From Candidatus Sabulitectum sp. (GTDB lineage Bacteria; Fermentibacterota; Fermentibacteria; Fermentibacterales; JCC-6), in the NCBI GenBank assembly GCA_023139045.1, contig JAGLOJ010000012.1, forward strand, positions 9,725 through 73,724: a stretch of 64,000 nt of DNA, written 5' to 3'. Numbering within the stretch: the first letter of the stretch is position 1; each line of letters begins with the position of its first letter. Positions 57,207 to 64,000 of the stretch are shown piece by piece. Below the pieces are notes generated by a model. It saw only the letters and a list, made by a program, of their open reading frames with translations. It made no database searches and was not told the origin of the DNA. Position numbers and translations under genes: made by a program.

Positions 57207-57499
57207 TTTAAACCTCCCTGCAAGTTAGGCCTTATCTTAATGTTAATTCAAAAGGACTCTTGCGTCAATAGAAATTTGTTTCTGCCTTTCAACTATGCAG
57301 TGTTTCGGATGGATTTGCATTACCACAGTGCTGTTATCACAAGCTAATGGAGTACGACGATCCGTACCATGTAGATGCTCTGCAGTTACTTGCGTAACAG
57401 CGCCGAACAAAGGGAAACCATGCTGCGAGAACAGCAGCAGAGGATCAGGGAGAGCGAAGTTCTTCGGGCAGCCATCGGGCAGATGTCTGCAACGCAGGT

Positions 57500-57717
57500 G
57501 GAAGAATCTCCGACTTGCAGAACCCGGCTGTGAAATAAATGATGAACTCATCCTTCGAATTAATGAGCCGTTCTTTACCACAAAGAAGAGAGATAAACAT
57601 AAAGTACCGGGCTTCACAGAGGCTCTCAATGGCAATTCAGCAGTGAACAGGGATATTTTTGTCAGCAGCAGGAAGCAAAAAGGAAGTACCTTTGTTATTT
57701 CTCTGCCGATGGTGTAA
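57500..57717 (+). pseudogene. remnant of a histidine-kinase ATP-binding (HATPase_c) domain C-terminus
   Basis: ...INEPFFTTKKRDKHKVPGFTEALNGNSAVNRDIFVSSRKQKGSTFVISLPMV matches the G2-box/C-terminal strand pattern of HATPase_c. Nothing kinase-like lies upstream in any frame. Confidence 0.35.
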
Positions 57718-59176
57718 GGTCACTTCTGCCGGATTCAAGTTCCAGATTGGCTCGATCCACCAGAGCATGGGGAAGCTCCCTGGTAACTGATACTCCCAGC
57801 TCTCTGAACTCTGCCGCCTTCCGGATCAGATTGCCTTTCCCGTCAACCAGTTGCCCTATGGCCTTGTGATAGATATTTTGTGTTTTTTCAATCTGCCTGC
57901 CTATCTCCTGCATACTCTCCAGGAAAATTCTCAGCTTGTTGTAGAATATCCCGGCTCTGGATGCCAGTTCTTTTGTGTGCTTGGTCTGCTCTTCAAAACG
58001 CCAGAGTTGTCTCACTATGTTGAGGCTGGTGAGAAGTGTGGTTGGTGTGGCAACCAGAACATTGTTCTGAAGTGCTTTCTGGAAAAGAGTGGGGTCGAAT
58101 TTAAGGGCCTCCACATAGGCGGATTCAATTGGAATGAACATGATGACAACTTCCGGAGAGTTAAGCTCCGGGATCTTGAAATAGTCCCGGTCTGCCAGTT
58201 CCTTTATACGGTTGCCAACTGCCCGTGCATGGTTTGAAAGCGCTGCTTTTGCCAGGGTCGGGTCATCGGCATTAACAAAATCGGTGTATGCTGCAAGTGA
58301 TGTTTTGGCATCAATAACAATGTGCTTATTCCCCGGAAGGTACAGAATTACATCAGGTCTCTGATGGCCTTTATCAGTTCTGAAAGACACTTCTCTGGCG
58401 TAGTCCTTACCGAGTCTAAGGCCGGAACTGTCAAGAACATTCTCCAGCACCATCTCGCCCCAGTTCCCCTGCATTTTTTTCTGGCTCTGAAGAGCTGTAG
58501 CAAGCTTGTGTGCCTGCTCAGTTATGTTCCTGTTGAGTTTCTGGAGATTTAGAAGTTCGTTTTTCAGCGCAGCCCGTTGTTCAATATCTTTTTCATGAAT
58601 TGATTCGACCTTTTCACGGAACCCTTTCATTTCCTTCTCCATCGGGCTGAGAAGGTTAACAATGCTGTCCCTGTTCAGCTCTTTGAATTTTCTTCCGTTG
58701 TTTTCAAAAATCTCGGTAGCCAGTCTGTTGAATTCTCTTTTCAGTTCTTCGCGATTATCTGAAAGCAATTTGAGCTGCTCCCGGAAATGTTTCTGTTTTT
58801 CATCCAGGGATGTTTCCAGTTTATCATGTTTCTCTTTCAGTATCAGAAAATGATTTTCTTTCTCCTGAAGATTCACTTGAAGTACAGTCAGTCTGGATTT
58901 CATGTTCTGGAGAAACTTTTCACTCTCAACCAGTTTAACTTCTGCTGCCTTTAGATTACCGGAATTGTTTCTTTCGCTGATCCGAAGAGATTCCAGGTCG
59001 CTTTCAAGTTTCTCCCGATTTTTCGCACACTCATCTGCCCTTCCTCTGGAAGACGACAGTTCCGTTTCCAGGCGAACAATTTCATTTGTCTTTCTCTGAG
59101 CCCTCAAGGCACGAATAGCCCAGCCTGCGCCGAAACAGACCACTCCGAACACAAAAAACAGCAGAGGATTCATCAT
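57695..59176 (-). CDS. rmuC: DNA recombination protein RmuC
   Basis: AGGAG RBS before ATG 59176. N-terminal TM helix, long coiled-coil, C-terminal RmuC nuclease-like domain (DVILYLPGNKHIVIDAKTSL). Confidence 0.85.
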   Translation of the reverse strand: MMNPLLFFVFGVVCFGAGWAIRALRAQRKTNEIVRLETELSSSRGRADECAKNREKLESDLESLRISERNNSGNLKAAEVKLVESEKFLQNMKSRLTVLQVNLQEKENHFLILKEKHDKLETSLDEKQKHFREQLKLLSDNREELKREFNRLATEIFENNGRKFKELNRDSIVNLLSPMEKEMKGFREKVESIHEKDIEQRAALKNELLNLQKLNRNITEQAHKLATALQSQKKMQGNWGEMVLENVLDSSGLRLGKDYAREVSFRTDKGHQRPDVILYLPGNKHIVIDAKTSLAAYTDFVNADDPTLAKAALSNHARAVGNRIKELADRDYFKIPELNSPEVVIMFIPIESAYVEALKFDPTLFQKALQNNVLVATPTTLLTSLNIVRQLWRFEEQTKHTKELASRAGIFYNKLRIFLESMQEIGRQIEKTQNIYHKAIGQLVDGKGNLIRKAAEFRELGVSVTRELPHALVDRANLELESGRSDLTPSAEK

Positions 59177-59310
59177 GTTGCTCTCCTGGGAAAAGTGAAA
59201 TATATCTATCTGGCATGTTGTTGAACTTAATTCGATTCCCCTGACTGTCAACCTGGCGGAAATAAGGGAAGTTGATTTCCTTAAGTCAGGCAAATTAGAA
59301 AGGGAGACAA

Positions 59311-59358
59311 ATGATAATCAGTTTGATTGTTTTTGTTCTTGCAGCCTTAGGAGTTTGA
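59311..59358 (+). CDS. putative 15-aa hydrophobic micro-ORF (MIISLIVFVLAALGV) with strong RBS
   Basis: AAGGGAG 5 nt upstream of ATG 59311. Its stop TGA overlaps the next ATG (TGATG). Confidence 0.25.
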   Translation: MIISLIVFVLAALGV

Positions 59359-59545
59359 TGAAGATATTCGGGAAAACTGCGAATCGCTGTTTTACATTCA
59401 TAAGGGTGAGTGTGTTCAGGAAATATCAACTGACATTTTTTCTCATCTGGAATGGGAGGAGAAATCACGACAGGGATTCGTTGCAGGTGAGGATTCAGTT
59501 TTCATTTCCATTTTTTCCAATCCGGGAAATGGAGCTTCTCTTGTT

Positions 59546-59812
59546 TTGTTCAGAAAAAGCGAATCCGGTTATGTATTTATAGATGAGTTTACCAGTCTTT
59601 TCGGAGGTAATGGAATAGAATTTTCTGTTTCCGATCCATTGGAGTCAGCAAATGGTGAATTGCTGTTCCGTCTCGAATGGACCGAATACTGTCGCGGGTA
59701 CTACTCAATTCCCGGTGATGGAAGCAGCTATGTGAGTCCCTTGGAATTGTCATTGTCTCAGATTCTTTCCACTGACGGTAAAAATCTGTATACGGAGTAC
59801 GATCACAGGTAG
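59546..59812 (+). CDS. hypothetical protein; the open frame with protein-like composition extends upstream to 59351 without a canonical in-frame start
   Basis: Frame-2 translation from 59351 (EFDEDIRENCESLFYIHKGECVQEIST...FRKSESGYVFIDEF...) is protein-like. The only upstream ATG (59358) is in the +1 frame. Confidence 0.4.
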   Translation: MFRKSESGYVFIDEFTSLFGGNGIEFSVSDPLESANGELLFRLEWTEYCRGYYSIPGDGSSYVSPLELSLSQILSTDGKNLYTEYDHR

Positions 59813-59983
59813 ATATGACCATTCCATAACGGAATTTATCTGTTTCTCAACTCTAAATCTAAACACTCAGAATGTTCATGATCCCATCAAATACAGCTGG
59901 TGAATTTGACAGTTCCGCTGATTGATTGTATATCACCATGCGGTGACACTGGGTGGTGACATGAACTTCGGGAGGATACAGCT

Positions 59984-60586
59984 TTGCAGAGAGATTCGGA
60001 GAAAACACGACAAAGAATACTGACCGGGCTTGAAAAGCTCATTACCCGCGAGGGTTTTATCGGAGTGGGAGTGAACGCAGTTGCCAGGGAAGCAGGTGTA
60101 GACAAAGTTCTGATATACAGATATTTCGGATCGATGGAAGGGTTGCTGAAGGCATTTGCCGATGAGAAGAAATTCTGTCCCCGCCTCAAGGATTTGTTTG
60201 ATGATATGCCTGAAGGAACACCTCTGCATGAAATAGCAACCCGTATTGTAATTGAGCATGCCAGGGCATTACAGAACAGTCCCCTGGCCCAGGAGCTTGT
60301 CTGCTGGGAGCTTACGGAGCTGAACCCGCTAACCGTATTATTCGGAAAAGAAATGGAGAAGGGAGAGTTAAAAGCCCTTGCAGACAGGGGTATAATTCCA
60401 GACGATGATGTTGTCACCCTTTCTGTCATTGTTCTGTGCGGTCTCCAGTATCTCATTCTCCGGGGAAGAAACAACAATCCCATGATGGATATTGATTATT
60501 CCAAACCTGAGATCAGAAAAAAGGTGGAAAAAGTGATCGCTTCCATGATGAAGGCCTTCTTTGAAGCCGGAGAAGGGAGCTTGTAA
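59984..60586 (+). CDS. TetR/AcrR-family transcriptional regulator
   Basis: N-terminal HTH RQRILTGLEKLITREGFIGVGVNAVAREAGVDKVLIYRYFGS. Confidence 0.85.
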   Translation: MQRDSEKTRQRILTGLEKLITREGFIGVGVNAVAREAGVDKVLIYRYFGSMEGLLKAFADEKKFCPRLKDLFDDMPEGTPLHEIATRIVIEHARALQNSPLAQELVCWELTELNPLTVLFGKEMEKGELKALADRGIIPDDDVVTLSVIVLCGLQYLILRGRNNNPMMDIDYSKPEIRKKVEKVIASMMKAFFEAGEGSL

Positions 60587-60587
60587 A

Positions 60588-61652
60588 GTGAAAAGATATT
60601 TGTCTGAAGCTCTCCTTCTTTCAGTGTTTCTGGCGGCTGGATGCGCAGGGGAAACCGAAGTTGAAAGAGAAAAAATTCCAGTTACTGTGTTTGTAGTAGA
60701 GCCATCAATGATATCAGAGATTGTTAATGCACCATGCAGGCTTGAAGCTGGTTCGGAAGCCGTTGTTTCAGTGGCTGTTCCGAGCGTGGTCGAGGAAGTG
60801 CTGGTAACATCAGGAGACACTGTTACAGCGGGGCAGAAACTTCTTGTTCTGCGTACTGATGATATGCAGAGAGCAATGATATCCGATGCAGCAGCAATCC
60901 TTACAGCCGCCAGAGCATCTTCAGAGTATGCTCATGGAAATCTTCGAAGAGCAACTGAACTTGCCGGGACTGGTGCCATAAGTGCCGATGAGTTTCAAAG
61001 GATTGAGACCGAAGCAAGGGCATCCGAAGCCACCTACCATCAGGCAGCTGCCAGCTACACCGCATCATCCACTTCAGCAAGGATCGGCTTTGTACTTGCC
61101 CCCTTCGATGGCATTGTGGGCAGAGTCATTGCTACACAGGGAAACCTGGCTGCAGGGCCACTTCTGAGTATCTCGGGAACCGGAGTAATAAGAGCGGAAC
61201 TGCTTGTGGCTCCGAGGCATATTCACAAGCTGAGAGCAGGATTGCCTGCTGTGTTTACCACGGATCATTTCCCGGGCAGTGTGTTTCCAGGTTCGGTTGT
61301 TTCGGTTTCCGAGACAGCAGATGTGGTCTCCGGTCTGGTGGCAATGATTGTTCAATTCACCGACACCACTGGAACTCTTGTACCCGGTCTTTCGGGAATG
61401 ACCATGGTTTCCCTTGAAACCAGAGAGAATACAACAGTTCTTCCCGGCAGCATGATGACATTTATCAGTGAAAACACTATGGAGGTTGTGCTTATTCAGG
61501 ACGGAACGGCAACTGTACGAACAGTGGAAACTGGAATAAGAAATGGGATCACATATGAAATCATTGATGGACTTGCGGCAGGTGACTCGGTGGTCAACCT
61601 GGGACATACTCTTGTTTCGGAAGGTACACCGGTAAGGGTGGTGCAGCAGTGA
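60588..61652 (+). CDS. efflux RND transporter periplasmic adaptor subunit (membrane fusion protein), lipoprotein
   Basis: GTG 60588; lipobox LAAGC. Lipoyl/beta-barrel MFP architecture. Confidence 0.85.
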   Translation: MKRYLSEALLLSVFLAAGCAGETEVEREKIPVTVFVVEPSMISEIVNAPCRLEAGSEAVVSVAVPSVVEEVLVTSGDTVTAGQKLLVLRTDDMQRAMISDAAAILTAARASSEYAHGNLRRATELAGTGAISADEFQRIETEARASEATYHQAAASYTASSTSARIGFVLAPFDGIVGRVIATQGNLAAGPLLSISGTGVIRAELLVAPRHIHKLRAGLPAVFTTDHFPGSVFPGSVVSVSETADVVSGLVAMIVQFTDTTGTLVPGLSGMTMVSLETRENTTVLPGSMMTFISENTMEVVLIQDGTATVRTVETGIRNGITYEIIDGLAAGDSVVNLGHTLVSEGTPVRVVQQ

Positions 61653-64000
61653 ATATCTCTGAGCTTGTAGTAAAGAGAAAAATTACCTTTCTGATGATAT
61701 TTATTTTCATGGGAAGTGCCGGAATATTCGCTCTGACCCAGTTGGGGCTGGATTACTTTCCCAAGGTTGATGTGGGACAGATAATGATAGTGACCATTCT
61801 TCCCGGTGGAGCACCGTCGGAGGTGGAGAACCTGGTTACAAAGGTTATAGAAGATGCGGTATCCGGTGTGGAAGGTGTAACTTCCGTCGAGTCTTCTTCC
61901 GGTAACTCAACCAGCGGGATTACAGTCATTGTTTCCCCATCTGCTGATATTGAAGTGGTGGAGAGGGATATCAAAGAGGCTGTGGAACTGATAAAAAGTG
62001 ATCTCCCCGAACAGGCTATGAATCCGGTGATAAATGCTATGGAATCCAGCATGAAGCCGCTGATCATTCTCGGGATCAGCAGTGATAATCTGAACAGCGG
62101 TGAGCTCAGACAACTGGTAACGGATGAGATCGAGCCGGTACTGAGCAGAGTTTCCGGGGTTGCTTCCTGCAACATTTCGGGGGGAGAGGTACGCCAGATA
62201 AATGTGGCTGTAAACCCGGTTCTCCTGGGGGAGAGAAATATTCCTCTTTCGCAGGTGTATGGAGTACTTAAATCAGTTCAGGGAAACCAGCCCGGTGGTG
62301 ATATTGATTCCGAGGGTACTGAAATTTATATCAGTGTTAAATCCGGTTTCACCTCTCTGGAACAGATTGGCGAAGTTGTTATCGGTATCAGTAACGGTAT
62401 TCCGGTCCACCTCAGAGATGTCGCGGATGTCACCGACGGCAACAGAGATCAGAGCAGTGCAAGCAGGCTGGACGGTGAGAATTCCGTACTGCTTATTTTA
62501 AGAAAAAGCGGAGACGCCAACACTGTAAATACATGCACTCTTCTTGAGGAGCAGATAGCTGAGACAGCAGTGAATTACTCCGGAACCCTGAATGTGGAGA
62601 TGGTTTACTCTCAGAAGGACTTTGTGCTGGACTCGACCAAGAGCCTTCTTATGACTGGAGTTCAAGCCATTCTTCTTGCAGCGGCAGTGCTTATGTTCTT
62701 TCTGGGATCGGCTGTGAACGCTGGAATCGTCAGCATATCAATGCCTTTGTCTTTCATATCGACTTTTGCTGCCATGTATCTTTTCGGTGTTAATCTGAAT
62801 ATCATGAGTCTTGCCGGTCTCAGTATCTCCATTGGAATGATAGTGGACAATTCGGTGGTTGTTCTGGAGAACATTCACAGAAGAAGACGTCATGGAGAGT
62901 CACGGGAAGATGGCGCCCGTCACGGAGCTTCTCAGGTTGCTATGGCGGTTGCTGCTTCAACTCTTACAACTGTGGCCGTTTTTATACCCATGCTTTTTGT
63001 CAAGGGTATGACAGGGCAGATTTTCAGAGACCTGAGCATAACTATTGCCTGCGCACTGTTCATATCGCTTTTCCTGGCCATGACTCTGGTTCCGCTGCTG
63101 GCCTCCAGATCAAAAAATCTCATTAAGAAGCACAGCGACAGATCCATAGCAACAAAGATAGAAAAAGGTCTCAGGAAGCTGGATCTGAAGTACGAGCAGC
63201 TCTTGATCTACTGTACAGCCCACCGGGTGAAAGCTCTTATACCGGTCGTTCTTCTGTTTTCTATCTCAATGTTCATGTTCCGATTTATTCCCACATCATT
63301 TCTGCCGGACATTCAGGAGGGAATAATCGATGTAAGCATAAGCCTTCCAACTGGAACAAACCTTGCACAGACAGACAGTATCGCCAGGCAGCTGGAAGAT
63401 TCTCTTTCCGCTGTATTTCTTCCAGGTGATCTGGGGCATCTGGTTATTGATGTGGGAAAAGCTGAAGGAATGGGTGCAATGTTCGGTTCTGACGCCACAT
63501 GCAGGGTTGTAATGAGCTTCTACCTGGTGCCGGAGCAGGAAAGGAATACCGGCGTCGCATACTATGCTTCATCAATGCGGAGCATTCTCAGCAGTACACC
63601 GGGAATCAGGTACGCAGTGAAGACCGGCGACCCGATAGGCAATGAGTTTCCCATTCAGATTAATCTTTTCGGTTCCGATCTGGATACACTGAAGGCTCTT
63701 GGAGATTATGTCAGAGATAATCTTGATCTCATCCCCGGGACCACGGGCGAGGTCTCCTCACTGGAAGACTGGTTCACGCAGATTGATTACATCCCTGATG
63801 AAGGAGTTTTGTCTCTCAGGGGTCTTTCCAGGGCACAGCTGGCATCTGAAATCACGCTTGGAATGCTGGGAATGAATGTGACCAAATTGAGTGATCAAGG
63901 TGTGGATGTTGATGTAAATCTCAGATATGCAGAGAGATATCGAACAAGCAGGGAAGCTGTTGCTGCTTTAACTGTGAGCGGTGCTCCCCTGGATTTCTGG
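61649..64000 (+). CDS. efflux RND transporter permease (AcrB/HAE1 family), 3' partial; runs off the window end
   Basis: GTG 61649 overlaps the MFP stop (GTGA). N-terminal TM1 plus a large periplasmic loop with typical AcrB spacing. The frame is open to nt 64000, so it is absent from the ORF track. Confidence 0.85.
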   Translation, partial: MNISELVVKRKITFLMIFIFMGSAGIFALTQLGLDYFPKVDVGQIMIVTILPGGAPSEVENLVTKVIEDAVSGVEGVTSVESSSGNSTSGITVIVSPSADIEVVERDIKEAVELIKSDLPEQAMNPVINAMESSMKPLIILGISSDNLNSGELRQLVTDEIEPVLSRVSGVASCNISGGEVRQINVAVNPVLLGERNIPLSQVYGVLKSVQGNQPGGDIDSEGTEIYISVKSGFTSLEQIGEVVIGISNGIPVHLRDVADVTDGNRDQSSASRLDGENSVLLILRKSGDANTVNTCTLLEEQIAETAVNYSGTLNVEMVYSQKDFVLDSTKSLLMTGVQAILLAAAVLMFFLGSAVNAGIVSISMPLSFISTFAAMYLFGVNLNIMSLAGLSISIGMIVDNSVVVLENIHRRRRHGESREDGARHGASQVAMAVAASTLTTVAVFIPMLFVKGMTGQIFRDLSITIACALFISLFLAMTLVPLLASRSKNLIKKHSDRSIATKIEKGLRKLDLKYEQLLIYCTAHRVKALIPVVLLFSISMFMFRFIPTSFLPDIQEGIIDVSISLPTGTNLAQTDSIARQLEDSLSAVFLPGDLGHLVIDVGKAEGMGAMFGSDATCRVVMSFYLVPEQERNTGVAYYASSMRSILSSTPGIRYAVKTGDPIGNEFPIQINLFGSDLDTLKALGDYVRDNLDLIPGTTGEVSSLEDWFTQIDYIPDEGVLSLRGLSRAQLASEITLGMLGMNVTKLSDQGVDVDVNLRYAERYRTSREAVAALTVSGAPLDFW

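Noticed and set aside
59887-60483. 198-aa minus-strand ORF overlapping the TetR gene
   Set aside because: Antisense shadow of a well-supported TetR regulator with a clear HTH; Ser/Arg-rich composition.
1-64000. CRISPR arrays, rRNA, tRNA, IS elements and integrases
   Set aside because: No direct-repeat/spacer periodicity, no rRNA- or tRNA-like conserved blocks and no transposase or integrase ORFs were seen on manual inspection.

Overview
The window is a 64-kb piece of a Gram-negative bacterial chromosome, about 50% GC, probably from an uncultivated FCB-superphylum-type lineage. Three proteins carry type IX secretion (T9SS) C-terminal sorting domains, an LptE-like lipoprotein is present, and TTG/GTG starts with 1-4-nt gene overlaps are frequent. 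Gene order, 5' to 3': the end of an aromatic amino-acid operon (aroA partial, aroC, chorismate mutase); a 0.9-kb gene-free gap; an FG-GAP/VCBS T9SS cargo protein; a decayed T9SS gene; an XRE-regulator/membrane-protein pair; a lipoprotein; a frameshifted CPBP (Abi/CAAX) protease; an ABC-2 exporter (ATPase plus two permeases); a ~17-kb, 14-gene, single-strand glycoconjugate-assembly operon (13.6-30.3 kb) closed by a clean intrinsic terminator; the conserved rimP-nusA-infB-rbfA-truB-ribF-rpsO-pnp block; dut, an LptE-like gene, an M19 dipeptidase, ApbE, an orphan AmmeMemoRadiSam-type radical SAM; a TrmB regulator; a T9SS esterase; a serpin; an LCCL lipoprotein; a NicO/DUF1007 metal-transport pair flanked by two paralogous 130-aa genes; pcm; rmuC; and a TetR-MFP-RND efflux operon running off the 3' end. 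The most interesting content is the glycosylation operon. It combines two PMT/ArnT-like GT-C transferases, a GT9, a GT2, two B12-binding radical SAM enzymes and a YdjC-type deacetylase in an arrangement reminiscent of hopanoid HpnI/J/K, plus two initiating phosphoglycosyl transferases and a 958-aa Wzy_C-TPR fusion. Directly upstream lies a frameshifted paralogous rSAM pseudogene. Other notable items are several gene remnants (T9SS cargo, two two-component fragments), a CPBP gene split by a single-base homopolymer frameshift, and a SagE/SagGHI-like immunity/export module with no cognate biosynthesis genes. No rRNA, tRNA or CRISPR was recognised.
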